From Candidatus Micrarchaeia archaeon (GTDB taxonomy: Archaea > Micrarchaeota > Micrarchaeia > Burarchaeales > JACRGF01): 64,000 nt of DNA. Below are positions 26,593 to 34,793 of this stretch, piece by piece. Location: assembly GCA_038890815.1 (NCBI GenBank), contig JAWAFC010000001.1, positions 135-64,134 of the forward strand, read 5' to 3'. The notes below the pieces were generated by a model. The model was not told the origin of the DNA, did not search any database, and saw nothing but the letters and a program-made list of their open reading frames with translations. How positions within the stretch are numbered: position 1 is the stretch's first letter; each line of letters begins with the position of its first letter. Made by a program: the position numbers and the translations under genes.

Positions 26593-27684
26593 TCAGAGCA
26601 CCACCTCCCTCGCACTCGCCACGGCTTCCTTTGCTGCTTTTTCAACCTTTATTCTTTTCTCCCATGCCAGCACGAGCTTTTCATCAAAAGGGGGGACCGG
26701 CTCGGGCTCGCCCTCAATCCTCAATCCGATTTTGCTGGCCATCTCATCCACTTCCTCTTTCAGAAAAAGCAATGGCCTATGGATGGGAAAGGCAGAGGCG
26801 CTGTCTATGCTTGCGATGGCCCTGAGCGCGTTGTCGTCGAGCCTCGTTCTCTCGCCCGATACTATGCCACTCGCGCGCTTCTTTCTGGCAATCTCTGATG
26901 CGACCCTCGCGAGAAACCTGCCGAGCGCGACCCTCTTTTCCCCAGCGCTCAAGCCTTCGAGGCTGGGAGCATCTACCACGAGCATGCTCATTTTCTTTCC
27001 CACATGCCAGGCACGCAGCACCTTTGCCACCTCGGTTGCCTCGGCCTCGCTCTGCTCGCCCTCCCTTGCATGCACCGCGTGCATCGCGCACCCCCTCCTC
27101 ATTATCATCCAGGCCGCAAGCGCGCTCTCGCTGCCCTTGAGGAGGGCTACCATGCTTCCCTGCGAGCCAAGCGGAAGGCCCCTCGCGCCATCAAAAAACT
27201 TTTTTGCCATAAAAGCCCGTTCGCCTCGCACCTCAATGAACAGCTCGTTGTCAGGCTTCTCCAAATCAACGCGCAAGCCCGTGGCATCGACAATCGCCTT
27301 GCCGACAACTCTTGCGACATCCTCGCTCGTGAAAGGGTGCTCGCCCGTCCTTTTCGCTCTCACAGCAAAAGAGCCGCGCCATCCTCTCGCAGCCCGCACG
27401 CCAGCTTCCGCCATAGCATCCAAGTCCGCGGGGATCTCAGCGCAGAGCGCGATGCTCGCCAGCCCAAAAACGCGCTGTAGCCTGCGCGCCGCCTCCTCTT
27501 CATTCTCGCAGGCAATGCGCAGCACCCCGCCCTCTTTCTCAACCCTCACGCCCTGCATGCCGGCCAAAGCGGCCTTCACCCTCTCCGTCAGCATGCGCTC
27601 AAGGCGCAGGCGGACTTCTTTGCTTTTCAGCAATGGCTCGGAATACTTAGCGAGAAGCATGCAACCACGAGGAGATTTCTCCAC
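26593..27684 (-). CDS. thiI: ThiI-like THUMP-domain protein with a degenerate PP-loop
   Basis: THUMP region (...FAVRAKRTGEHPFTSEDV...ELFIEVRGERAF). Where SGGxDS is expected it reads LLKGSESALAAW (27124-27138). C-terminal ...IVSGE...HRPLL... is retained. Confidence 0.75.
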   Translation of the reverse strand: MEKSPRGCMLLAKYSEPLLKSKEVRLRLERMLTERVKAALAGMQGVRVEKEGGVLRIACENEEEAARRLQRVFGLASIALCAEIPADLDAMAEAGVRAARGWRGSFAVRAKRTGEHPFTSEDVARVVGKAIVDATGLRVDLEKPDNELFIEVRGERAFMAKKFFDGARGLPLGSQGSMVALLKGSESALAAWMIMRRGCAMHAVHAREGEQSEAEATEVAKVLRAWHVGKKMSMLVVDAPSLEGLSAGEKRVALGRFLARVASEIARKKRASGIVSGERTRLDDNALRAIASIDSASAFPIHRPLLFLKEEVDEMASKIGLRIEGEPEPVPPFDEKLVLAWEKRIKVEKAAKEAVASAREVVL

Positions 27685-27719
27685 AAATCTTTAAATAGAG
27701 GAATCGGCAACAAAAGAAT

Positions 27720-28814
27720 ATGGCCGGCCTTTGGAAGCCTATCTTCCTGCTCCTTATTTTGCTCACCAGTCTGATTCATGGGGCTTCCGATGTTAGCGTC
27801 TCGCGCGCGATAAGCCCGGCTTGCGGCCAAGTCGTTGATGTGATTACTCATGCATCAAAAACGCTCTGCAGAACGCGCGTTCAGTTCGCGATAACAAACA
27901 CGCGCGACACCGCCATAACAACTCTCACGCTCAACCAGAGTCTTCCCGCATCATACGCCGGCTCGCAGGCCAGCCTCCCGCCGATTTGCACTATGGCCGA
28001 CCTCCTGGTTTCCTGCACGCTTTCAAACATCGGGGCGGGCGCGAGCGAGCGGCTCGCCTTTGAGCTTGGCAGCTGGGCGAACATCTCCGAGAGTGAATGG
28101 CCTGCGCCAGCCGTGTCTGCCCGGCCGATCCTCGCGCGGCTGAAGGCTCCTGCCGAGGCCGAGCTGGGTGGGGATGTTGTGCTCGAGCTGCGCGCGGTTG
28201 ACGGCACGCCGCTCGGGGGGGTACGCATTGAGGTGCAAGGTCCCGAGAGCACCTTCACGTTGGTTACCAACGCTGCGGGCTTGGCGAGCTTCAGGGCCTC
28301 CGGCGAGGGATTGTATGCCTATGTTGTGAAGGATGAGGATATTTCCTTCTCGGGACAGCTTGCCACAAAGGTCATCATCCCACACGCACCTTTTGTGGTG
28401 ACTGCTGCGTTGAGGAAGGACCTTCCGCCCGAGGCGAACAAGATAGTGGATCTGCTCCCGCTCTTCCTCGCCTTCGCCCTACTTGTGCTCGTGGCACTCG
28501 TATGGGGATTTTATTTCTATGCAACAAGGCCGAGGGAGGAGCCCGTGCTTCCTCCGCAACCTCCTCTCCCAAAGCCCGGCACCGAGCCTTCGCCCAGGCT
28601 TTCCTCCGAGCCCGTCCAAACGGAATTTGAGAAAGCGAAGGATGCCGCCGAAGCCACGCCCTCGGCCGAGCCAAAGCCCGAAACCCAAACCACCAAGGAG
28701 GAGGATGAAGAGGAGAAAAAGCCTCCGGAGAAGAGGCTTCCAAGCGTTTTCAGGCCCGAGAAACGGATTTCCAGAAAGCCCTCGGGCAAGGTGGGCAGGC
28801 CGAGAAAGAAGTAG
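27720..28814 (+). CDS. Secreted, membrane-anchored protein with an Ig-like/CarboxypepD_reg-like domain and a P/E/K-rich cytoplasmic tail
   Basis: Signal peptide MAGLWKPIFLLLILLTSLIHGAS. LELRAVDGTPLGGVRIEVQGPESTFTLVTNAAGLASF. TM helix LLPLFLAFALLVLVALVWGFYFY. The tail ends KVGRPRKK. Confidence 0.65.
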   Translation: MAGLWKPIFLLLILLTSLIHGASDVSVSRAISPACGQVVDVITHASKTLCRTRVQFAITNTRDTAITTLTLNQSLPASYAGSQASLPPICTMADLLVSCTLSNIGAGASERLAFELGSWANISESEWPAPAVSARPILARLKAPAEAELGGDVVLELRAVDGTPLGGVRIEVQGPESTFTLVTNAAGLASFRASGEGLYAYVVKDEDISFSGQLATKVIIPHAPFVVTAALRKDLPPEANKIVDLLPLFLAFALLVLVALVWGFYFYATRPREEPVLPPQPPLPKPGTEPSPRLSSEPVQTEFEKAKDAAEATPSAEPKPETQTTKEEDEEEKKPPEKRLPSVFRPEKRISRKPSGKVGRPRKK

Positions 28815-28815
28815 G

Positions 28816-29055
28816 CTAACTGTCCCGCTTTTTTCCCCACGCTATTTTATCCCAGATTCTCTCATGCAAGTAATAGCCTATGCTCGTGTAGGTGTTGCTG
28901 GCGAGCATGAACCACGCCGCAATCTCGAGCCTTCCGGTGAGCAGATACACGACCGCAAAATCGAGTATGAGAATCGCGAGCCTATACGTAATCGTCTTGA
29001 CCAGCGACCGAAGCCAATGTTCTTTGAAGTGATGCCGCGCGTTTTGCTTCATCAA
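28816..29055 (-). CDS. DUF2061-family small membrane protein
   Basis: 79 aa. RSLVKTITYRLAILILDFAVVYLLTG...YYLHERIWDKI. Confidence 0.75.
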   Translation of the reverse strand: MMKQNARHHFKEHWLRSLVKTITYRLAILILDFAVVYLLTGRLEIAAWFMLASNTYTSIGYYLHERIWDKIAWGKKRDS

Positions 29056-29094
29056 ATCACCAAGGGAGGGGGTTGCGGAGGAGCCTCAAACTGG

Positions 29095-29111
29095 GGGAAC
29101 CGCAGGTTCCC
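29095..29111. repeat. Inverted repeat GGGAACC-GCA-GGTTCCC
   Basis: 7-bp arms with a 3-nt spacer, read directly. It shares the GGAACC core with the repeats at 29254-29286 and 29335-29400. Confidence 0.8.
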
Positions 29112-29121
29112 GCGGTTCGGA

Positions 29122-29209
29122 AGACAAAGGGGGGAGGTATCCCCCCTTCGTCCTGGACCTTCCCTAGACAAAGGGGGGAAGTGTCCCCCCTTCGTCCTGG
29201 ACCTTCCCC
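29122..29209. repeat. 44-bp tandem direct repeat (2 copies), each containing an 8-bp G/C-tract hairpin
   Basis: Copies at 29122-29165 and 29166-29209 differ at 3 positions. The hairpins AAGGGGGG-N6-CCCCCCTT (29127-29148, 29171-29192) keep their stems, and two of the differences fall in the loops. Confidence 0.85.
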
Positions 29210-29253
29210 CCTCTTTTGGATTAAGGCATTAATGAAAAGGGTTGCTGGAGGTA

Positions 29254-29286
29254 TCGGAACCGCGCTGGTGGTTCCGATTCGGAACC
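29254..29286. repeat. TCGGAACC / GGTTCCGA inverted repeat followed by a direct TTCGGAACC copy
   Basis: Read directly: tcggaacc-gcgctggt-ggttccga-ttcggaacc. Confidence 0.75.
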
Positions 29287-29316
29287 AACGATATGACGAG
29301 GAGCGAGTCTCGCGCA

Positions 29317-29370
29317 AATAAAAAGGGAGGTAATAGGAACCGTAATAAAAAGGGAGGTAATAGGAACCGT
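29317..29370. repeat. Perfect 27-bp tandem duplication AATAAAAAGGGAGGTAATAGGAACCGT
   Basis: 29317-29343 is identical to 29344-29370. Confidence 0.9.
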
Positions 29371-29400
29371 AGGTTCCTATTAGGAACCGTAGGTTCCTAT
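29361..29400. repeat. Perfect 20-bp tandem repeat of the palindrome TAGGAACC-GTA-GGTTCCTA
   Basis: 29361-29380 is identical to 29381-29400. Each copy has 8-bp arms and a 3-nt loop. Confidence 0.9.
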
Positions 29401-29433
29401 TGCGAGGAAGCCGTCGGTTGGTTCTGATTTGGA

Positions 29434-29506
29434 TAGCCCCGATCGGATTCGAACCGATGTCCCGAGGTCCAGAGCCTCGTATCCTTGACCACTAGACGAC
29501 GGGGCT
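29434..29506 (-). tRNA. tRNA-Gln (anticodon CUG)
   Basis: The reverse complement folds as a cloverleaf. Acceptor AGCCCCG/CGGGGCT; anticodon stem CGAGG/CCTCG with loop CTCTGGA; T-arm ATCGG-TTCGAAT-CCGAT; discriminator A. No CCA is encoded. Confidence 0.9.
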
Positions 29507-29561
29507 TCGGTTATTATGAGCACTATTTGTATATAATTTTCTGTGCATCAGCGCGCGAAAC

Positions 29562-30083
29562 TTACCATGGAACTTTTTTCAACCCCAACTTATTGGCCAG
29601 CCAGTTCGCGCCAACGTGAAGAACGTAGGTCAGGATGACGAGGAAAACGAGGCCTTCGAGCGTGAGTGCGATGGGTGGGTTTGGCTTTGCGAGGACAGGA
29701 AATGCCAGAGCGAGGGCCACAAACAGAAAGAGCAGCTGGTCCATGAACAGAGAGGGCTGGCCCCTGCGCATCCCCATCCTTCTTTTGATGAACGAGCCGA
29801 GCAGATCGCCGAGAAGCGCGCCGCCCGCAAGCAGGGGCGCGAGGGTGAAGTAGTCGGCGTTCGCCTTATAGGCGGCCACCACAAAGCCAGCGGCTGTTCC
29901 GAGCATGAAGCCTGCCACGAGGCCCCTCCAAGTCTTGCCATCCCCGAAGAGCCTGCGCCCGTCCCACAGCTTGATGCCGAAATCGACGGGCATGCCGCCC
30001 CCAAAGATGACTGGTGTGGAGTTCGCAAAGTAGGCTGGGAGTATGAATACGAATAGCTCGAGAAAATATGCCAGGTCAGCCAT
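29562..30083 (-). CDS. carS: CDP-archaeol synthase
   Basis: Start taken at MADLAYFLELF... (ATG 30083). FGDGKTWRG and GDLLGSFIKRR are motifs of the DUF46/CarS family. About 5 TM helices. Confidence 0.85.
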   Translation of the reverse strand: MADLAYFLELFVFILPAYFANSTPVIFGGGMPVDFGIKLWDGRRLFGDGKTWRGLVAGFMLGTAAGFVVAAYKANADYFTLAPLLAGGALLGDLLGSFIKRRMGMRRGQPSLFMDQLLFLFVALALAFPVLAKPNPPIALTLEGLVFLVILTYVLHVGANWLANKLGLKKVPW

Positions 30084-30129
30084 GCTTTTAATATATTTGC
30101 AAACATTAAAATGCGTTTGAGTTGGGAAA

Positions 30130-31053
30130 ATGGGGAAAGCAAACGCGATTGTCCTATCGCTCTTCCTGCTTGTCGCAGTGGTTATCGCGCTCGTGCTCAT
30201 AACGGTTGTTGGCTTTGCCATCTACAATGCTCTCTTTCCCCCCGCCTGCGTTGGGGTGCTTCCCATCCGAGGCGTCATCACAACGACGAGCGAAGAGGCC
30301 GACTTGCTCTCTCCGGCAACGATAGGCTCTGACGATGTGCTGGAGCTGCTCAAAGAAGCAGAGAGAAGGGATGACATCAAGTCCCTGCTCGTTGTCGTAG
30401 ATTCTCCCGGGGGGAGCGTTGTGGCGAGCAGGGAAATTTACGAGGGTATCCGAGATTTCAAGAAGCCGGTGGTGGCGTTCTTTCACGAGATCGCCACAAG
30501 CGGTGCTTACTATGCGGTGGTGGGCGCGGATGAGATCGTCAGCGACCCCGACGCCATCACGGGAAGTATCGGCGCGCGGGCGACCTTTGCCGATTTGTCG
30601 GGCCTGTTCGGAAAAATCGGCTATAATGTGACCATCATAAAAAGCGGGGAGCTAAAGGATATCGGCGAGCCCAGCAGGCCAATGACGGAAAAGGAAAAGC
30701 GTCTTGTGCAGGATATCATCAACGAGGTTTTCGAGGAGTTCAGGGATGCTGTGTGGGAGAGCAGAAGCGGTAGGCCGGGTTTCAACCAGTCCAACTTCGA
30801 AACGCTCCTGGATGCGCGCATCCTGACAGGCAGGCAGGCGCTGCGCTATGGGCTGGTGGACGCGGTGGGCTCGAGGAAGGATGCGCTGGCGAGGGCAGCC
30901 TCGCTGGGGAACATCACGGGCAAGCCGAACGAGTGCCTGCTGGAAAAGAAGAAGGAGTGGTGGGAGAGAGTGCTCGAGAGGGCTGCGGCGAGCATAGGGC
31001 GTGCGGTTGCACAGATGTTGGCACAAAATTCAAGAGTCGGGCTTTCCTATTAA
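30130..31053 (+). CDS. sppA: Signal peptide peptidase SppA (36K type)
   Basis: N-terminal TM helix. ...VVVDSPGGSVVAS..., ...ATSGAYY..., ...ITGSIGA... and ...IKSGELKD... Confidence 0.85.
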   Translation: MGKANAIVLSLFLLVAVVIALVLITVVGFAIYNALFPPACVGVLPIRGVITTTSEEADLLSPATIGSDDVLELLKEAERRDDIKSLLVVVDSPGGSVVASREIYEGIRDFKKPVVAFFHEIATSGAYYAVVGADEIVSDPDAITGSIGARATFADLSGLFGKIGYNVTIIKSGELKDIGEPSRPMTEKEKRLVQDIINEVFEEFRDAVWESRSGRPGFNQSNFETLLDARILTGRQALRYGLVDAVGSRKDALARAASLGNITGKPNECLLEKKKEWWERVLERAAASIGRAVAQMLAQNSRVGLSY

Positions 31054-31083
31054 TTTTTATACGCGCGCCTCCAAAAGAAATAC

Positions 31084-31683
31084 GTGGGAAGGGCTGAAAA
31101 GCTCCAGTGGTTTGTGCTTGGCTTTTTGGTTGGGGTAGCCTCTGTCATCACCCTGCTCGTCATAACCTCTTTCTTCGCGCCCCCGCCCTTTCTTGCCGGC
31201 CTGCTTTCTCTTTACAGAACAAGCCTCGAGTTGGGGGCCGATACCTACAGGCAGGGCGAGGCGATTCGCGTGATGGGCACGACGAGGTGCGCGCCAGAAG
31301 CTCAGATTTTTGTCGATGGAAGGCTGGCCGCAAATGTGAGCGTTCAGAATGGCGATTTCGCTGCCTTCGTCCCCAGCGGGGACCTTGAGCCTGGGCTGCA
31401 CAACATCTCGCTTGTTGCCGGCCCCTGCACGCGCGCGCTCACCGTCAGAATACTCGGCACGCCGTGCACAAGGGACGGCGAGACGCTCCCCTGTCGGCTT
31501 CCAAACGGCTGTGAGGGCATACGCGTGTGCATCGGCGGTGCTTTCACTGCGTGCTCCCCTACCGGGCGGATTTGCGAGCCGGGCACCAAACGTGGCTGCA
31601 CGATCTCGGATAAATGTGGAACGGGCGAGCAAACCTGCAACGAGTGCGGAACAGGCTGGAGCGAGTGTGTGGGGCGGCACTAG
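31084..31683 (+). CDS. Membrane-anchored cysteine-rich extracellular protein
   Basis: 199 aa, GTG start. N-terminal TM helix WFVLGFLVGVASVITLLVITSFF. The C-terminal ~70 aa hold 12 Cys (CTRDGETLPCRLPNGCEGIRVC...CNECGTGWSEC). Confidence 0.6.
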   Translation: MGRAEKLQWFVLGFLVGVASVITLLVITSFFAPPPFLAGLLSLYRTSLELGADTYRQGEAIRVMGTTRCAPEAQIFVDGRLAANVSVQNGDFAAFVPSGDLEPGLHNISLVAGPCTRALTVRILGTPCTRDGETLPCRLPNGCEGIRVCIGGAFTACSPTGRICEPGTKRGCTISDKCGTGEQTCNECGTGWSECVGRH

Positions 31684-31717
31684 TGGATTTAAATATCCTG
31701 CCCGCCATTTAGGGGCG

Positions 31718-32362
31718 ATGCGCGAAAAGGGCTTTGTGTTTACCGTGGATGCGTTCATCGCGCTCCTCCTCGTCTTATTAACTGTGCTCGCGCTCATCAC
31801 ACTGCTAAGCTTTCCGAGGCTCTTCTTCGGGCAGTATGAGCAGACATACGACCTGGCCAGGGACTCGCTCAACGCGCTCGCCGTGCTGAAAATGGATGAG
31901 ATCTGGGGCACGGGTGGAGTGTGGGAGAGGCTCGATCCAAGGGACAAGAACAACACAGTGCTGGAAGAGCTGGCGAGGCTGACCGCCATCGGAGATTCCG
32001 CAAGCGCGCAATTCATTCTCAGGAGCGTGCTCGACCCAGTCATTCCCCCGCAATACAATTACAAGTTCGAGTACTATGATGCGAACAGCGGCGTATGGCG
32101 CTCTATCAGTGGCAGGCCCCCTTATGAGGGTGCTCCGGTTCAGAGGATGCAGGCGGTGGCCTCGCGCGTGATGACCACATATGCGGTGTACGATGAGCCC
32201 GGCCAGTCGCCTTTCGCCTATACTTCTGGCGCCTATGTGGGCTCGTGTCAGCCTGCCGAGGGTGAGGTGGGAGCAGTGCCGTGCGAGGCGAGAAACTACA
32301 GCGGCTTTGCGGCGGGCACGCTCGCCGGCCCGAGCAGTGTTAGATTGGTGGTGTGGGTATGA
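31718..32362 (+). CDS. Type IV pilin-like protein (class III signal peptide)
   Basis: Start taken at MREKG/FVFTVDAFIALLLVLLTVLALITLL. The ORF is open upstream to 31349. Confidence 0.65.
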   Translation: MREKGFVFTVDAFIALLLVLLTVLALITLLSFPRLFFGQYEQTYDLARDSLNALAVLKMDEIWGTGGVWERLDPRDKNNTVLEELARLTAIGDSASAQFILRSVLDPVIPPQYNYKFEYYDANSGVWRSISGRPPYEGAPVQRMQAVASRVMTTYAVYDEPGQSPFAYTSGAYVGSCQPAEGEVGAVPCEARNYSGFAAGTLAGPSSVRLVVWV

Positions 32363-33918
32363 GGTGCAGGAGGGGTTTCTTTTTCACCCTTCTAATCGCT
32401 GTTGTGCTGGCCTTTATGCTCGTTTCGCTCGCGCTGTGGGGGGCAGTCGTCAGGGCGCGGGAGGAGAAAGTGCCGGCCAAGTTCCGGCTCGAGGCCATGC
32501 TTTCCACGGCGGATGCGGCCAGCGAGCAGGAGATGGCCCGCCTCGTCTCCCTGCTCGGCTACCGGGCACTGCGCGCGCTCGCGCTCGATGTGATTGCCAC
32601 AGGGGACTTTGCCCGTCAGAACGAGGCTGGCAAAGAGCTGTGCAGCGTGCTTATTAATGGAACACGCCTCAGCGGCAAGCGCATTTTCAACGAAAGCCTG
32701 AGCGCATGGGGCGATGCCATGGCGAACGCAAGCAGGGCGCTCGGGTTTGAATGGAAGCTGACAGTGCGGCTTGATAAGTGCAGCGCCAAGCAGGCCGATT
32801 CACCGTGGGATATAAACCTGGACATCACGGACATCGGGATAGAGCTCTCGTCCGAGGAAATGAATTTGAGCAAAACCATTAAACTCTCGGCGCGCATCCC
32901 CATTGTGGGACTCGAGGACCCATTGATTTCTGTGAAGGATGCCGAGCTCCGCGGCGTGCCATACTCCGAGGCAAACATCAGGCAGGTATTCCGCTCCCCC
33001 TTCTCCATCGAGGAGGTCAGGCCAAAAAACATTGCGAACGGAACGAGGGGAAAATCGTGGGTGTATGGCATAACGACGGACGACTCTTTCAGCGATGCCT
33101 ACAAGAACGACAGGTACATTCTCGTCATCGAGGACACAACGGGCATCTGCACGAACGGCGACTGCTCGCAGCTGAACAGGTATGGCGGGGTGCTGCTGCT
33201 CGCGCCCGGGCCGGGATACCGGCGCACGGGCGCAACCGCCACGAGGACATGCAGCGGGACAGGCTGCTCAAACACCTGCACTTTCGCTGAGGTCAGGGAG
33301 AGCGAGCCATGCCTGGACTGCCTGAGCTACTACGAGCTGGAAAGCCAGACGAACGCCTCGTGCTGCTCCTGTAGCACGCCTTCCGGAGGGGTGGCATTCA
33401 ACGAGGTGGAGGTGCCTTTCCTGCACACGAACGCGCTCACCAAAGCAGAGTTGAACATCACTCCCACGAGCCCGGTCGGACTGCCCGTGCTCATCAACTC
33501 GCCTTTCTCGAACAACAGGGATTACTCGAGGGAGGCGCGCAAGCCCGAGGTGTGGGACATCGAAAGGCTGCGCGACCTTGTGGTATGCGGCCACTACATC
33601 AATGTGACGAGGGGGCATGGTCCGAATTTCCTGAGCAGGCTCGAGGGGAGGGCGCATGCCAACGACCAATTCGGCATAGAGAGCTTTGTCATCGGGATGT
33701 GGGCGAGCGAAGGGCGCTCGAAAGTCGACCATGTGTACTACACGAGCAGCGCGCCCGCGAGGCCGGTCAAGGGCATGCCGGGCTGCAAAAACCCGGACAT
33801 GTGCGCAGGCGCTTCCACCATTGGTAGATTCGCCATAGATGCGCAGCACGCCTCTCCCAACTTTTACAACATTCCCTCCTCGCTGCTGTGCCCGCTGCCG
33901 CCCGCGAGGTGTGAGTGA
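32359..33918 (+). CDS. Large pilin-like protein (class III signal peptide; Cys-rich; many N-glycosylation sequons)
   Basis: MRCRRG/FFFTLLIAVVLAFMLVSLAL. ATGA overlap with the upstream gene. Central CTNGDCSQ...CSGTGCSNTCTF...CLDCLSY...CCSCS. Many NxS/T sites. Confidence 0.65.
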   Translation: MRCRRGFFFTLLIAVVLAFMLVSLALWGAVVRAREEKVPAKFRLEAMLSTADAASEQEMARLVSLLGYRALRALALDVIATGDFARQNEAGKELCSVLINGTRLSGKRIFNESLSAWGDAMANASRALGFEWKLTVRLDKCSAKQADSPWDINLDITDIGIELSSEEMNLSKTIKLSARIPIVGLEDPLISVKDAELRGVPYSEANIRQVFRSPFSIEEVRPKNIANGTRGKSWVYGITTDDSFSDAYKNDRYILVIEDTTGICTNGDCSQLNRYGGVLLLAPGPGYRRTGATATRTCSGTGCSNTCTFAEVRESEPCLDCLSYYELESQTNASCCSCSTPSGGVAFNEVEVPFLHTNALTKAELNITPTSPVGLPVLINSPFSNNRDYSREARKPEVWDIERLRDLVVCGHYINVTRGHGPNFLSRLEGRAHANDQFGIESFVIGMWASEGRSKVDHVYYTSSAPARPVKGMPGCKNPDMCAGASTIGRFAIDAQHASPNFYNIPSSLLCPLPPARCE

Positions 33919-33922
33919 GAGC

Positions 33923-34351
33923 ATGAGAGGCCAATCCGCGCTTGAGATGTTTGTTATGGTTGCGTTCTTCGCAGCGTTCCTCATCCCGTTTGTGCTGTTG
34001 TTTTTCACGAGCGCGAACGTGGCGAGCGAGGATGTGGCCATCGCGCAGGCGCAGAAAGCGGCCGAACAGATCGCCGATACGGCCGATGAAGTTTATTTCG
34101 CCGGGGAGGGCGCGAAGGCGACCATCAGTGTTTTCTTTCCGCCTGGCCTCGCCCAAATAGTGATAGGCGGGCAGAGCGGCCATGAGGTCGCGCTCGTGCT
34201 CCACACTGCGGCAGGCAGAAGCGATGCGGTTGCGGTGAGCGCCGCCAACATCACAACGAGAACAGACTGGAGCACGCGCTTGGGGAGCGGCGTGAGAAGG
34301 CTCAACTTCACGCGCGTGAATGGAAATGTTTCGGTGGATGCATATGAGTAG
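33923..34351 (+). CDS. Type IV pilin-like protein (class III signal peptide)
   Basis: MRGQS/ALEMFVMVAFFAAFLIPFVLLFF. ATG at 33923, 4 nt after the upstream stop. Confidence 0.7.
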   Translation: MRGQSALEMFVMVAFFAAFLIPFVLLFFTSANVASEDVAIAQAQKAAEQIADTADEVYFAGEGAKATISVFFPPGLAQIVIGGQSGHEVALVLHTAAGRSDAVAVSAANITTRTDWSTRLGSGVRRLNFTRVNGNVSVDAYE

Positions 34352-34793
34352 GGCGCAGGCTGCTCTCGAATTCGTTTCCTACTTCGCGCTGTTCATGCTC
34401 GTGTTCGTGGCGGGCGTGGCCTACATCACGAGCACCGAGGTGCGCGAGATAAAGCAGCGGGAGGACTCGCTCGCCAGAGAGCTTGCCTTTGGCATGGCGA
34501 GCGAGATACACTTCGCCGCGCGCGCGGGTGGCGGGTATGAGCGGACGGTGGTCATCCCAAAGCGCATCGGGGAGAGCGAGTATGCCGTATATATAAAAGG
34601 GGGATTCCTCACGCTCAACTGGAGCAGGGGGGAGGAGGTGCGCGAGGTGGTGGCCCCGCTCTCCACCTCCAGCGTCTCCACACAAACGCTCGCCATCATA
34701 GATGATTATATAGTTGTGAATGCATCGAAAGGCTACGTGAGGCTGGCCACCAGGACGATTTCGACAGGGGATGTTGTGTATGTTGACCAGTAG
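34344..34793 (+). CDS. Type IV pilin-like protein (class III signal peptide)
   Basis: MSRAQA/ALEFVSYFALFMLVFVAGVAYI. Overlaps the upstream gene by 8 nt. Confidence 0.7.
   Translation: MSRAQAALEFVSYFALFMLVFVAGVAYITSTEVREIKQREDSLARELAFGMASEIHFAARAGGGYERTVVIPKRIGESEYAVYIKGGFLTLNWSRGEEVREVVAPLSTSSVSTQTLAIIDDYIVVNASKGYVRLATRTISTGDVVYVDQ

Larger units (their letters stand above)
29317..29400 (-). terminator. Possible tandem terminators of tRNA-Gln (hairpins followed by CCCTTTTTATT tracts on the minus strand)
   Basis: On the minus strand, downstream of the tRNA 3' end, lie two GGAACC/GGTTCC hairpins and then two TTTTTATT tracts. Oligo-T is the usual archaeal termination signal. Confidence 0.35.

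Noticed and set aside
26567-27694. A 375-aa plus-strand ORF antisense to the ThiI-like gene. Similar long antisense ORFs: 1489-2544, 11605-12789, 11880-12761, 45230-46336, 47980-49059, 55568-56542, 57937-59448.
   Set aside because: In each case the opposite strand encodes a protein with unmistakable family motifs (ThiI, RibD, CCA, GatB, GcvT, GcvPB). The antisense products are R/A/S/P-rich with no motifs, as expected in GC-rich DNA.
29057-29321. ORFs of 82 and 86 aa spanning the repeat field, and the possibility that the field is a CRISPR array.
   Set aside because: The translations merely echo the tandem DNA repeats (…GGIPPSSWTFPRQRGEVSPLRPGPS…). As a CRISPR array it fails: each unit has only two copies, there are no regular repeat-spacer alternations, several unrelated repeat families are present, and no cas genes are in the window.
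27700-29560. An integrated mobile element at the 3' end of tRNA-Gln.
   Set aside because: There is no integrase, no phage or plasmid genes, and no direct repeat of the tRNA 3' end that I can find. Only the repeat field itself hints at a scar, so the idea is kept as a hypothesis within that finding rather than as a mobile-element call.
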